Made by a program: the position numbers and the translations under genes. Below, piece after piece: positions 39,115-53,599 of a DNA stretch of 64,000 bases (position 1 is the first letter of the stretch; each line of letters starts with the position of its first letter). The stretch comes from Lama glama (lineage: Eukaryota): contig CM052817.1 of the NCBI GenBank assembly GCA_028534125.1, positions 68,450,001 through 68,514,000 of the forward strand, read 5' to 3'. Under the pieces are notes generated by a model. That model did no database searches, was not told the origin of the DNA, and saw only the letters and a list, made by a program, of their open reading frames with translations.

Positions 39115-39455
39115 GTCATTATCTTAATCTAATCTAACAAAATACCATAGCGTGAGTGGCTTAAACACACGAACTTGTTTCTCACAGCTATGGAGGACAG
39201 AAGTCCCCAGTCAAGGTTCCAGCCAACAGGGTTCCCTGAAGAGGTCCTGCTTCCTGGCTTCTAGCCCACCACCTTCTTACTACATCCTCTCATGGCAAAG
39301 TTCTCTGGTGCCTCTTCTTATAAGTGCACAAATCCCGTCATGAGGGTCCCACCCTCCTGACCTCATCTAACCTAATTATCTCCAAATATAATCACATGGG
39401 GGGGTAGTTAGGACTTCAATATATGGCTTTTAGGGAAACATAATTCTGTCCATGG
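39115..39455 (-). mobile_element. MLT1-type MaLR LTR
   Basis: aacaaaataccatag...gtggcttaaaca...tctcacag...aatcccgtcatgagggtcccaccctcctgacctcatctaacctaatta. Confidence 0.7.
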
Positions 39456-40456
39456 CAGGCATGTTCAGCTGTCTCTAACCTGGATATAGATCAGCCCAGC
39501 AAAGGATTTGGGTGTTCTCCGTGATGGAGAAAGCAACAAACGTAGAAATACCATTGTGTGATGCATTCTCTTCAGGAAATAGATCTAGAGCAAAAAAAAA
39601 AAAAAAAACCCACTGGCTGGTGGTTATGAGACCATGATTATTTACTTTTGAGTACTCAGTCATCTTAGAATTCCCATGAATCAAAAGGCATGGGGAATTC
39701 AAATCCCACGTGGGCCAAAAGACTCAGATTCCTAAAGAGCGTAATCCTTTGGCATCCAAAGTAACTAAAATAATTAATTAACCAACAGGGAAAGACAGTG
39801 CTAGAAATGAGTTACACATTTTTCATGTTGTGTGACTCTAGAAAAGGTAATGTAGGGACAACAGGAATGCACCAACACTGGTAAAGAACTAGAGAAAAAT
39901 TAGCCTCAAAACCACACACACACACACAAAAAGAATAAAAACTGTTAATTGATTGTTCACTATGGGCTAAGCTGCTGAGATGTATGTTTTATTTAAACTT
40001 CACAACAAATTTTAAAGAAGTATTATTGCCCCCATTCTATAGATGAGGAAACTGAGGTCCAGGGAGTTTAAACAACCCTCCTAAAGTCACACTGGTTAGT
40101 AGGTGGCAGTGGGGCTCTGAAGTTTACATTTTTTCAAATAAACCACATACTGCTTTGCTGTTTATTGTATTAGACAGTTACTACTCTAGTCGGTTGTACT
40201 GTGTACAGTCAGTGCCATTTTAAAGCCCGGAAATTGAGACGATTAGAGTGGGAGGGGTGGAGATGGGGGCACATACACAGGGAATTCAAATGACTCCTTG
40301 GGATTCTCCCCTCTTAGAAATCCTGTGATGGGTTCCTGAGCCATGTTTTCTATTAGCATTTGTGTCTTGTTCACCACCAATCCATCAGCCATGTTTCAAA
40401 ATAATACCTAGACACTTTAAAAGCTGACACTTTTAAAGCAACAATAACACTAAATA

Positions 40457-40765
40457 CAGTCATCCCTCAGTATCTGAGGGAGATTGGTTCCAGAATCCTT
40501 CTTGATATAAAATCCAAGGGTGCTCAAGCCCCTTATATAAAATGTCATAATATTTGCATATAACATACATCTTCCCATATAGTTTATATCATCTCTAGAT
40601 TACTTATAATACCTAATACAATTTAAATGCTATATAAACAGTGGCTACTGCGCAGCAAATTCAAGTTTTGTTTTTTTGGAACTTTCTGAAATTTTAAAAA
40701 ATATTTTTGAATAAATATTTTTGAATCCATGAATACAGAATTTACAGACACGGAGGGCCAATGGT
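40457..40765. mobile_element. MER2 (Tigger-derived) DNA transposon
   Basis: cagtcatccctcagtatctgagggagattggttccag...ccttatataaaatg...acggagggccaatggta. Confidence 0.8.
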
Positions 40766-43649
40766 ACTTCTCATTTTCAATAAATTTCTTACTTAAAAGA
40801 TAGTATAATTCTCAGAGCCCAAATTCTAAAATACAGCAATGATTCCATATGTCCGAAATACGTCTCCACTTAAACAACTCACCCCTCAGGGCTTCAGCAA
40901 ATAAAGCCCGGCTCCCTGACCCCATGTGACCCCATGGGAATGGAGCAAAGTACTTTGCATTGAACTGATCCCACAACCATCCTGCAAGACATTGCTACCC
41001 ACACCCTCTGGTATAGATGAGGAAATGAACCGATACTCAGAGTGTTTTAATAACTTGTCCAAAGTCACGGGGTGGAACCAGAAATCCAACCCAAACCGTG
41101 GGTTCCGCAGGGCTGCCTGCACTGCTGGACTTCGTTTAGAAGGTGGAGGTACACCCCTAGGTGGGGCAAGAGCCTGCAGCGGAGTAGACAGGGGCCTGGG
41201 AGCATAGCCCCTGTGAGTGTTTGAAAAGGTTTCACTCCACACAGGGTCTGGTGCATCTGCCTTCCACACTCTTTGAGTAGAAACAGTGGCTGTTAATTAG
41301 TAAAGCAGGAAATCTTCAGTTGAGAATAAGGGGACCCCTCGGTTTACCCTGCCAGCCCTGAGTCCTGTCTGACTGGTGCGTGGCCTCGCACCACAGGCTG
41401 CCCTGTCCTCCCAGGGACAGCAGAGCAGCCAGGTCCCCTGCACATGGAATTAAGAGGTCTGAGTTCACCTCCAAATTTTTTCTGTGTGATTTTCAATTAA
41501 CTACATTTATTTCTCAGTCTTTTTCCATTCCACATATATAATACCAACCCTCTATACCCACCAGTGATTAATAACTACTGTGTAAATCATTCCTTCATTT
41601 GTTTACATGGGAGCAAACTGGGGCATAGCAAGATTCCACACTAACAATAAGGATTATTAGTATCCTTATTTTACATAGGAAAAAATTTGGGATCAGAGAG
41701 GTTAAGTAATTTGCCCAAGGACACACAGTTAGGGACTGTGCTGACTGACAGACTGACTCCACTGCCCATGTGTTGACATGGTCTTGAGTGAATTAGTAGC
41801 ACAGGCCAGACTAGAAACCAAGACTTTCAGCATCCATTCCAAAGCCCTTTTCAGTCACTATACTGCTTCCCTCCCTGGGATGAACTGAACATCATGTCAC
41901 CTCCTTATATACCTCTGTGCAAACATTGTGTGTATGTTATTTGTATGTGCTGAAGAAGTGGTCACCAAGGGAGCTGCTGTGAGACATAGAACCATCGGGT
42001 TCTAACCCCAGTAACAGCTCCAAATCTGATTTTCTTCAGATGGCTCTGATCATGCATGCTTTTTAGTTCCTAGCCTCTAACACGTCAGCTAGAGTGAAAC
42101 ACGTCTTCTGTAGCACAACCACCTTCCTGCAAAATCAATCCTCTAGCTGAAAGCTGAAGCAGTCCTCTCCCAAGGGAATCCCACAGCTCATGTGGCACTG
42201 ATGGTTGTCTGCACAGTGGCAGTGAGAGCATCACTGAAGGGGCAACAAACAGCTCCTGGTCAGAGCATCACCACATCTGCCTCCCTGAAGTTTACTCTTG
42301 GGCATTTGTTGGTTGCTTCCGTACTTTCCTTTCCCCTTTTTAGACAATGAAAGCCTGATGCTAACTAGGTGAAAATGCTCTTTCCTCATTCTTGACAAGT
42401 GCTTTGAGTGGAGTCAACCACACCCAAGCTCCAGGATAGACCTGCTCACTTAGGCTGATCAATTAGCAGGAAGTGGTTCAGGCAGCGACCAGTAACACAG
42501 ACCTGGGCTGAACAGAGTACTCCCCTTGCTCTAGTGATGGGTTTAAATATGGGCCTTATACCCACACTGGTCATAACCAAGGAGCTCTCCCAGCTATTGC
42601 TGAGAAAACAAACACAGAGACTCTTCCTTCCCTAGACAACGTGGTGAGAGGGTGACAGTCTTGTGGCAGTGGCAGCCACTTGTCACCATCAGGGGACCAT
42701 CTGGAGCGGCCACAAGAACTTTAGAGTCTGAGGGTAAACTTGAGCCTGTAGAAAACAGAAAGAAATACAGAGAGAACCTGGGTCCTTGGAGACATGGCTG
42801 AGTCACTAAATCAAGCCTTCCCTGAAGCTAGCTTTTCTCTTGGCCTTTGAGTTGTGTGAGCCAGGCAAGTCCCTCTGTAGTCTAAGCCAGTTATCTGTCC
42901 CTGTAACACAGAGAGCTGTGCTCCTGCCCTTGATGACTGCTTCCATGACTCATTTGTCTGTGCTTCCTCCACATCCGGTAACACTGTGCTTTGCTCAGAC
43001 TGGGTGCAAAAACGCTTTTGCAAAATAGAAGTACTTCATTATTTATCGCTCAGTGCATCTGTGAAAGCAGCCTGTGTTGCTGTGGTGCTTATAGCTTTCC
43101 TTGACACACAAACATTTTTCATAGCTAGACCTGTGCACTAATCTGCCACGTTAAGGCTGAAAATAGTTACAGTTTCCTAATACACACTGAATGTTGCCCT
43201 TAGAGAGCAGGTAATAAAAGTACGATTTGTGAGCTGTATCATGCTACCATAAACTGGAATGGTTTTGGTCCTCACCACAGTATTGGAGCCTTTCAGAGAA
43301 AGCTGTGAGTTTTTATTTATTTGATGGATTTTTTTTCCCTATAAGGAACTGTCATATTAAGAAGAATTCTTTGAGAAAATGCAACCAAGCAGGACCCTAT
43401 TGTCATCGGTGACCATCTGATATCTGTAATGGTGTTTGGAACTGTTTAGCCGTATGATGGTTTACAGGGTTTTCCTCATGCTCTTGCTGACCAGGGTTGG
43501 GCTGGAGAGGAGGGATGCTTGGATGGCCCACCCAAACCCCTCATGGTGCTGCAGGAGGGGAGCATGCTCAGTGCCCTGCTTTTGCCCTCAGTTCCCTGCT
43601 CCTGACCCCAGTGCCCTCCCCTTGACCCTCACACCTCAGAAACAGCAGT

Positions 43650-44217
43650 TGGGTGTTTTGTGCCTCTTGTTGTTTATAACTTGCCTCAACTATGTATGTC
43701 TGCAATTGTTTTGACCTCTTGCAGTTTCCTTGTATCCTGTTGTTCAAGCTGCAGGCCTCAGCCTACAGCAGGAGGTCCTAAGCCTCAGCCTGCTAAAAGC
43801 GTTTATCAACCTGACTTTAAACTGCACAAGTTTTTCTCTAAGGCTCCTTTCCATGGAGCCCCTCCCCATGCATCCTTTATTCTAGGAACAAGAATATTAA
43901 GAGAGTCCCAAAGCCTGAGATGAGTGTCATACCCAGCAGAGGGAAGGGGACCACTGCATCTGCAAAAACAACTTTACAACAATTTGTTACCCTGTATATG
44001 ATCTCTATGGAAACTAGCTCTGCCCCTTGAACTCTTGAACTTTCACTCTAAAACCCCCTGCCTTCTCTCCCAGCAGGCTCACAGTCTTAGAGGCATTAGC
44101 CCACTGTGACCTTCTTTGCCTGGCAAAGAAATAAAGCTGCCTTTTCTACTTTATCCAAAACTCTGTCCTGGAATCTCAATTCAGTAAGCGAGGTACAGAG
44201 GCCGTGTTTTGGCAACA
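43650..44217 (+). mobile_element. ERV1-type solo LTR (5' boundary uncertain)
   Basis: 3' part cacagtcttagaggcattagcccactgtgaccttctttgcctggcaaagaaataaagct...caaaactctgtc...ggtacagaggcc...ttggcaaca, with AATAAA and a CA end. Confidence 0.65.
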
Positions 44218-44979
44218 AAACTGCTAATTAATTAGAATTTTCTACACAACTAAAGGAATTACATGCTTAGAGTCTATTACTACGGTGGAATCTAAACATA
44301 CAACCATTTTACTGAACAACATTTTTTTTGTCATGCCCATCTCTGAGGAATAAAAATGGTTTATAGCTTTTTGCATAGAGGGCTGTGATTCTGATGCCTG
44401 AAAAACATCTGTGCCACCTTGAGCAGGTCGTTTAACTTCTCCTGGCCAGATCTTCTTCTGTAAGATAGGAGAGTGGATCTCAGGAAAGTTCGTTGTCTTA
44501 ATAGTCCTCAGCTGCTCACTAGATACAGTTAGCGATTTGAGTGTTTAATGGTGTTTCCTTCAGGGGCACTCAGAAATGACTGGAATTGCCGTCGTCCATG
44601 AAGTGCATGTCTGGAGCCCGGAGCATGTGGGCTAATAAGCGGTGGTGGATGGAAATTTAAACAAGCAGGGAAATGCCGGTCCTATTTGAATCCATCTACC
44701 CAAAGAGTTGCTTGACCTGCTACCTTTGGGCTTTACTCTGGCTCAGGAGTGTGTGTGGCCCTCACCTCAGGCTGCTTATCTGTTTGCAGAAACGAACCCA
44801 GCGGACATGAAATAATAACAGAGATGACAGCTCTCAATTAAGTGCCAGTGTGTATGGCAAAGACCGGGAGGTGCTGAAAGAAGTTAGAGGACTCGGGTAT
44901 CTTAGAGGGTGGAAAAGGTCAGAGGAGGTTTACAGAAGATAAAGGACTTGAGGTGATCCTTAAAAAGAAGGATTTGGAA

Positions 44980-45002
44980 TGTGTGTGTGTGTGTGTGTGT
45001 GT
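44980..45002. repeat. (TG)n microsatellite
   Basis: Directly visible in the sequence. Confidence 0.95.
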
Positions 45003-48000
45003 TTATAGGAAGAAAGTTCAGGGAGTTAAGATAAAATCTAACGTTGGGGCTCTGTTCCGCTAGGCTTCTGCTTCAGTAAGCTGGGACTCCTGCCGCTACT
45101 GTATCTTTAAAGCTTTTTTACTGCTGTGGGAAATCACTCCTCACTGGGGTCAGAATATTATGGCCCTGAGTTAAGCCTCAGCCTCGAAGAGTGCACATTT
45201 CCTGCATGGCAAGACCACGCATGGGTAACGTAACCTGCATGTTAGGGAGCCAGTAAATAAATCAACCTTCACATTCCAGATCAATCCATCCAGCCTCGGA
45301 CAGTGACTTAGGGTTTGTACTGCTCGGTTAAATATTAGTCCAGGGTGCCCAAGTCAGCTCACACACTGAGATTTCTGGAGGAAAAGCACATCAGCCGTGA
45401 GCCTGGTTTGCGATCAGAGCCTGGGCCCCTAAAATGAGATCGCTTGGATGTGAAGCAATAGAAAGATGGGAAAAAACCATGTGAGTGAGAGGCCTCCAAA
45501 CACAGCAAACCCAGATAAAGTGGAACAACACCCACGATCATTTTAAAAATGAACACAAGTAAACAGAGCTCCTCAAGGACTCATCAGCTTAATTTACATT
45601 CTAAGAGAACTGTATCCAGGAGTACTTACAATAATACCAACTTCCTGTCTGAAATGTTCTACAGTGTGTATTCCTTCACTGATACCAAGCTATGACCCTG
45701 GCAGGTAGGCCTCATTTCCATTTTAAGATGAACAAAACAGGTATCAGAGAGAAGAAATTCCTTATTCAAAGCTACACAGCTGGAAGGGCGAGTACCTACT
45801 GATATAATGAGACTTAAGAACAAACCCAAGGATGCACCTGCCTAACCATGTACCTAGATGCTGTTTGTAATGACAAAATATTGTCCCATGCTGTGGCTTT
45901 CTGAAATAAATTACACTACACCTACAGAGTGGGGTACTTGGCATTAAAATCTATTCTGAGGACCTACATCTATTAACATAAAAAGATATTCATGTTATAT
46001 TGCTGTTAGAAAAGCAGCTCCCAACTTGAATATACGGCAAGATTCTCTGTTTGAAAATAAAAAGTATTTGCAGAGTAAAAAAAAAAAAAAACAACAACAA
46101 CCCAGTGATACCTACCTATCTATCTATCTATCTATCTATCTCAAAGGATTATTAATAATATGGAATTGTGGATGTTTTTATGCTTTTCTGTTTTCTGTTC
46201 TTTTGAATCTTTAAATCTTTCTGGTTTGAGATTTTGCTTCTGAAATAAGAACTAAAAATCAAAACAAAACAAAAAAAGCAAGAAAGAAAAAGACAAACTC
46301 TACGGGGAAAGCTAAGAGTTTACCTGTACTAAAATGTTCACTCCACTGATTTGTCTGTGTCTGGAATTTCTACCATTATCACTTTGGGGATGAAAACTAT
46401 TTCCAAGGACATGAATTCCTGGGGCAGTGCCACTAATTCACACTCTCACATCCCCATGCCTTAGAGAGAGATGAGCCAACTCCGATCTAGAAAAGTCTGG
46501 AGCAGGCCTTGCAGGAAATTTTGTGTTTGCCCCGTGCACCGGAGGCAGCTCTCAGGGAGGACAGAGCTTCGCAGCGGGGCCTGAGAAGCACAAACTCTTA
46601 GGTCTTACGAGGAGATGGGGAAGGGAGTCTGGAACAGCAATGTGCTGCTCTTGGTGACAGAGGGAGATGGAGAGAAGCATGAACCCGCAGGGACTGTAGC
46701 CATCTCAGCTTCGGTCTGAGTTAGCATTAAGTGTTAATGAAGCCGGTGTAGGTGGAAACATGTCTTCAGCCTGGTGAAGTCAAGCCCTGGGCCTCCATGC
46801 AGAACTCTTCAGAGTGTGAGGCAGGGGGATTAACCTCTGTGAGGAAGTGAAGGTGTCAGTGTAGAAGCTGGAATGGGCAGGAGCCAGTGAGCCCTTGAGG
46901 AATTAACCCTAAATTAACAATGGAGCCACCTGAGCTTTGGCCTTATTAGTTGACATAGTACCTTCTGTTGTTGTTAAACTAGTTGAATCAAGGGTTTCCG
47001 TTACTGGCAACACAAGCTCCCACCGAACCTGCCCACACTTAATGAGCACACACATGTGCCAGGCACTGTCTTGGCTTTGTGCGTGTTACTGCATTCAGGC
47101 CTCACACAACCCTATGACAGGCACCTCATTGTCAGCCTCAGTCGGAAAACTAGGAAAGGTGCCCAGGGAGGTTTAGGAATGGACCCAGATTACACAACCG
47201 TGGAGAGGCTGGTCTGTGTTCGAACGCCCCATTCTGAGCTGCTCACAGTGGTTCTATTCACCTTTCTCATGTATCATTAGATAACATTAGATCGCTCTGC
47301 TAATGTATTTTACCCAAGAGTTATTAGTAAGTGAAAAGAAAGAATTTGAGCCACAGTTCCAAAGCACCTTCTGTCTTTCTTGCAGTCTGGTCTCCTCTGC
47401 AAAAGCCAAATTTGGTGCAGCTATTTTGTTCACAGAAGTGAGACGGGGAAGGAGGTGAGTAGGGGGCAGCCTAAGAATTTCAACTCTTGGCTCCTGGGCC
47501 AGGTATTAAATTCCTTGAGCCTCAGTTTCATCATCTGTAATACATGTGGTGGGGAAGACCTATCTCTCAGGGTTAGTGCGCGAGTTAAGAGGGACACATA
47601 CAGTGCGTAAAGCACCCAGCTCTGAGCCTAGCTGGTTAGAGCCTAGCTTGTTACAGAGAAGGAGGTACTTACTGGGAAACACGGTCCTTTGCTGGTGAGG
47701 AAAACAGTCTTGGGAGTTCAGGCTGACCAGGACTCCAATTTTGCCTTAGTTTCCTACTTTCTCCCTAAAATAAAAAGAATCACATTATACACAAATATAT
47801 ATTTATATGCATAAATAAATAAATACGAATTTGGCCTCCATTCTGGACACCATACACTGAGATAGTAGTGAGTTACTTCTATACATAGTAAAAGTCTCCA
47901 TTATCTTGGAAATTACAATCTGGTAGAGAAACAGAGATAACAAAGGGGATAGTGATGTGGTATATGAAGTTCTGAGATGGACAATTTCAGGGTTCAATAG

Positions 48001-49029
48001 AAATGCATGAGAGGTCGATTCAACCTGGTCTTGGAGTGTCAGGGGAGGCTCCTTGGAGGAAGGGACTTTAAAGGTGAGCACTGGACCATGAGTAGGCAGG
48101 GTCCAGGCTGAAGTAGGTATGGAGAAACAGGAAGGGGAAAGAGGACTCAGGCCTAAGATGGTTGAGGAGGTAAAATATGACCATGTATGTGAATTAATAT
48201 AGTGCCCCAGCAATTTGAATGTGTTCAATAAATGGCAGTCATTTCCTTATATTAGAACACTTGAAATACATGTATTTCTCTAAGTGCATTTCCAGCTTCA
48301 GAATGAATGCTCTCCATTCACTCTCAAGTGTTTTTCTGAATCTCACCAGCATTATTTTATATAAAACCTTCTGAAGACCCACAACTGTACTCTGATTGAA
48401 GTCTTCGAGCAGCGGCAGAAAGGATGCCCATCTTCCCTTCCTCACAGACAGTAAGAGGCAGAGAGAGCAAAGCCTCACTAAGTGAAGGCAACAAAGGATG
48501 TCAGTCTTCTGAGGCTGCAGAAATACATTCAAAGCTCCCTTCACCAGTGGTTCCATTACTTTTCAGTTCATCTAAGAGGAAGGGAAAACCTAGAATTTCC
48601 TAATAGTTAAGTGATCAGAATCATATTCACTTTGCAGACAAAATCTAGTGGTGCCAGGTCTTGCTTCTGCTTCTGCTCTCTTGGCAAGTGGCCTGCATCT
48701 TGACGTATCTTTATGATGCTTCAGAATAATTTCTCCTTGAATCTGATTCTCCACACACACTGGATTATTAGGGAAAGATAATGTTCAGTTCTGAGGATAA
48801 CCTCTTAAGAGAGATATGAACAAAGTGAAGTACATGTGCAGGAGAAGGTCCCAAAGTGTGAAGAGCCTTGGGACCACGTTAAATAAAACCAAACACCGGG
48901 CCACTTTGCCACCTTTCACGGAAAGGGTTACTAATGGAGCTGCTTTCTCTGTTAGGTTGTGCAGAGAGGGTATACAGTGAAGATATCATACTAAGTTTCA
49001 GAATCCTGTGTCATTAAAAATTAAGGTGA

Positions 49030-49720
49030 AAGCTTTCAGCCAAACCAAGTTTGAAGTCGGAAAGTCTTATAAAACTCTGTTGGTGAAGATGTAGAGCACT
49101 GATGCTCTCATCCACTGCTGGTGGAAGTGTAAACTGGTACAATTCCTTTGGAAAATGGACTCTCTGGGAGAGGTGAACATATACATCGTTGGTGCATCCT
49201 AGCATTTCCCCTCCTGGGGAATTTTATGCCCCAGATCATATATACAAGAATGCCTGGAGCAGTAGTGTTCATAATTGCTCAATGATGGAACAAACCCAAA
49301 TGACCACCAAAAGCAGAAAGGATAAATGGGTTGTGCTATAGTCACACAATGGAATACTATACAGCAAGGAGGAAAATACATTATAGTTATAGGCAACAAC
49401 GTGTAACTATAATGTACAAAAAAGACAAGTTCAAAATAACACATGTTGTGTGACTGCATTTATTTAAAGTTCAAAACTAAATCAACTAAATTACGATATT
49501 ACGGATACCCAAATATAAAGGCAGGGAAATCAAGGAAGTAATTATAACAAAGTCAGGATAGTGGGGAGGGAGGATGTTATGCTTGGGAAGGGACATACTG
49601 GAAACTTCTGGGGTCTAGCGGTGTCCTATTGCTTGACCCAAGAGATGTTGTGCGTTTCTTTTATAATTATTTGTTAATTACACATTTATGTTTTATCTAA
49701 TTTTTTTGTGTGTAAAAAAT
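49030..49720 (+). mobile_element. Old L1 3' end (L1ME-like)
   Basis: tgttggtgaagatgtagagca...ctgctggtggaagtgtaaactggtacaa...cacacaatggaatactatacagca. Confidence 0.8.
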
Positions 49721-50269
49721 GTAAGAAAAACCTTTTATGATCTTTTGAACAAATGGTGGCCTGTTGAGCAAATCATTAATAAAATCATTCTCTAATGAAC
49801 TTCCAGAGAGAAAACTATTCTCAAAGAGCCTCTGTTAAGAGCTTAAATTATCTCTAAATTCAAGACCTTTGGACACAACTGGTTTTGCTATAACCAGGAA
49901 AGGCTTCTTTCCAGATAAAGCAGATAATCTGGCTCTAATTCTCTGAAAATCAGGTTGGAGGGCTGGAAGGAAGATCTGTCCTCCTTGATAACCTGTTGCT
50001 GATGAACAAAATAAACTGGTGGGATCTGGTATAGACTAGAAAGCCAGTGTGTTTCTGAAATGAAGGTAATTGTTTCCAGAAAAACTTGGAAACATTAACC
50101 AGAGTCCCCAGGGGAGGGCTGCCTGATAGATTATGTTTTTCCTTCTTACTTGTGCAGTTTCGGAATAAAACCTGAGATGTGCCTTGAGTTTCATTCTCTT
50201 CTACATTAAAAATCTATTAACCAAATAAAATAATATAAAAAAACTACAATAAATGAACACGTGTTGTAC

Positions 50270-51240
50270 AGTTTTTATTACTCTCACTGAAGACTTCATG
50301 GCTTCATTACTCTAAGTGGATAGAAATGTTCAGGCCCAGGTTATTGAATACTAGAGTTATTCCATTTGGAAACCTTTTAAAATATACATAGGTTAGCATC
50401 TTACACTTTTGATATAGTCACATTTATATACAAATTTCATGTTTACAAGTGCAAAACGCTATGAAATACAAAGAATCGAAACAACCATAATCAACTATAT
50501 TCATCATACGTAATATTGTTATCCCTGTCCTCTGTTTTTAAATTTTAAAGGAAAATGGTAAATGTCATTGCATAGGTAGACTCTGCTCTTAGATGCTGGA
50601 AACTGTATGTAGTTCTGCACATATCTGAGTCCCTACATAACTGAGGCTCCATCGTGTTCCAGCTCAAGTTGGCCAGAAGAAAATCATCCATTGCTGGAGT
50701 TTCATTGCTAGTGAGGAACAAAATCCCTAAGTTTTCAAAACCAGTACTCATTATCTGTGTTCTAGCAACTGGACCTTGCTTTAGTAGTGAAGATCCCCTC
50801 TGGCTGAGTTTCTGAGTCAGATGAATTAGAACTCATGGAAAAGCATTTCAGAGTGTTTCAGAATACATACATCCCAGAGGCAGACGAGGGCTACTGTCTA
50901 ACTAGAGGTTTAGGCCTGTCTGTGGCTACATGTCAAATATTTCTAGGTCCAGAAAGTTAGAATCTCCTCTACAACTGTAGGTCGGAGGAGAGGTGTCTGC
51001 AAACATATTGGCAATTTGGGTTTCTACGTCCTGTGAGTCCAAAACTAGTCCACTGTTCATGTTGTAAAGTTTGCTCTCCAGTTTGAGTTTGGTGTTTTGA
51101 GGCTGAAAAGACCTCTTTGATATAAACATTGATTCTGGGATTCCGTTGGGTCAGATAGTTGCCGTGTGCTGGGTCCAGCATTCATGTCAGGACAGACTTC
51201 GATTATTGAGCGTCTGACCACGCTGATGACTTGACAAGGT
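50270..51240 (-). pseudogene. ATMIN: Decayed 5'-truncated ATMIN (ASCIZ) copy: C-terminal TQT-repeat region plus start of 3' UTR
   Basis: Minus-strand pieces in shifting frames: LSSHQRGQTLNNRSL / NPRINVYIKEVFSASKHQTQT / LDSQDVETQI..ADTS..YSCRGDSNFLDLEIFD / MSTGFENLGILFLTSNETPAMDDFLLANLSWNTME / VGTQICAELHTVSSI* (TAA at 50589-50591). Colinear with the ATMIN C-terminus as recalled (MSSGFETLGSLFFTSNETQTAMDDFLLADLAWNTME). Multiple frameshifts and stops. Confidence 0.88.
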
Positions 51241-53002
51241 AATGGTCTTATTTGACAACTTCTGGTTGTGCCTGGAGCTTTCCACTTTCCTTTCCCTGAA
51301 GATTCCTATGCTCTGCAGGGATCTCACAGGGATCTCACTGCCCCTGGGATAAACGTGTGACTGTAATGAAGCTCTACTGGCATCAGGACCGCCACGTGGA
51401 TGCCTGAAGGTCTTGCCATAATCCTTGGAAGTTCTTTCAAGTCTCATTCAGTCCCAGAAGAATTGCTCCATTTACATTTATGCTTCGTGTCAGCATGCAT
51501 TTTCATAAAGGGTTCCTAGGGCATACTTCAAGGGGATGACAGTAGAATTTGCAGTTTTCAAATCTTTTCTTATGGTTGGATTGTCCTGTAGATGGTGGCT
51601 CTTTGCCAAGTGCACACTGAGCAGAGCTGCGTACAACACAGAGGGTCACAGGGTGTTGGTCCCGTGGGGCTGGGGCGGTGCACTCAGCACAGGCTGGAGC
51701 AGCCCCTTAGCGGCCCTCCACCCCCTCAGAGCCCCTGGGGCTCCTGGAAAATAACCTTTGACCCTCACTCCCTCTATAAACAATGAAGAGAACACTTAAT
51801 TAGAAGAAATTATTTTAGGAGTTAAATATTCCATTTCCTTCAAGCCTCCAGGCAAAGTAACAGTTTTCAGGAAATAAGGAGAATAGAGAAACATGTTAAA
51901 TATGTTTTTCCATGGGAAAGCAATCGGCAAAATCCAGATTGTGGGAAATTACAGCCCAAATGACTTGATTTCCTCAATAAATTGTAAGAAAAGAAAAAGA
52001 AAACAAAATTAAAAGAGACTTTAAAGCATATCAACCAAATGTGATTTATGGGCCTTACTTGTTTGTATCCTAGTTTGAATGTATCAACTATAAAATAAAA
52101 CAAAGACTAAGAGAATATTAATAAGAGAATCAGGGAAATTTGAATATGGCCTGGATAGTTGATGACATTAAACAACTATTATTAATTTTGTATTTAAAAA
52201 GTTCCATTTCTCCAAGGCCTGTAGATCAGATTCACATTGGTTTAGATATTTACTACAAACACACACACATACACACATACACACACACACACAAATAAAC
52301 CAATGTGTTAGGACTGAATTGTGTCTGCCACAAATTCTTGTCGGAGCTCTAAGACCCAATGTGATTGCACTTGGAGATAGGGCCTTTAAGGAGGTAAATA
52401 AAGTTAAATGAGATAAGAGTGAGGTCTTAAAAGGCTTCCTTCAAGCGTGATAGGAGCTTCCAGAGCAACCTTTTATCTAGGGTTAATTTTGCTTCATTAC
52501 TGAGGTAACAAATTAGTACTCTGCCTGATGCCCCCTGTGTTATGAGGTTTCCCCTGGCTGATGGGTACATGAACTGTCTGCAGCCCTTATGAGCTCTAGA
52601 AGTTTTCCACCTGTTTCTTTCTGATGGTTTTTTTTTTCTGGCCTCTGGTATTTTTTCTCATCAGTCTGTGCCGAACAGTACTTGGCTGCAGACTCCAGGC
52701 AGAACTCTGCAGGTTTTTGGAGTTCTCTTTCTCTCTGTGCAGCTCTCTCCTTTCTTCTCTTCTGCCTTGTGAATTTACTCCTCTTGGTGTCCTCAGATTT
52801 TCACTTCTATCTCCTCAACTCAGGGAGACCACTGCCTCTGAGAGCTGCTTCTCTCCGTGTTGCAGGCTGGGAACTCTCTAGGTAGGGAGCTGGGCCAGTT
52901 GTTGGCCTTCTCTCTGTGATCAATGTCTTGTATTGTCTGTTGACCAATATCTGAAAATCATTTTTTCACATGTTTTTTCCAGTTCTTCAGTTGTTTGAGG
53001 TG

Positions 53003-53460
53003 TGTATTAGTTTCCTAGGGCTGCTGTGAAAAATTACCCCCAATAGGGTGGCTTCAGACAACTGAAAACAACAGCAATTTACTCTCTCACAGTTCTGGAG
53101 GCCAGAAATCTGAAATCAAGGTGTCACAGTACACTTCTTCAGAACGTTCTAGTGAAGACTCCCTTTCCAGCTTCTGGTGGCTGTCCTGGCGTTCCTAGAA
53201 TGTGGCTACATCACCTCCTTCTCTGCCTGTGTCTTCATATCACCTTTTCTCTGTGTACCTGTGTTAACTTCCTTTGCTTCTCTCTTTTAAGGACATTTGT
53301 GACGTTTAAGTCCCACCCAGATAATCCAGGATAATTGCTTCATCTTAAAATCCTCAATGTATACATCTGTAAATTCCCTTTTTTCCCAAGTATGGTAACA
53401 TTTACTAGTCCAGGGATTAGGGCTTGATTTCTTTGGGTGGACATAATTCAACCTATTACA
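53003..53460 (-). mobile_element. MLT1-type MaLR solo LTR
   Basis: tgtattagtttcctagggctgctg...tctcacagttctggaggccagaaatctgaaatcaaggtgtc...attcaacctattaca. 5-bp TSD-like pair aggtg / agatg. Confidence 0.8.
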
Positions 53461-53599
53461 AGATGTAAGAGTAAATCAGTCCCTTGTAATTCCACTTTGG
53501 TCTGAAGCAAAAGTCTAGTGGGGAAGTACAGAGTGGGACAAGAAAAAGGTATATGGAGTGAGGAAGAAAGAAATGCCAGGGATTTCATTCTCCAGATAA

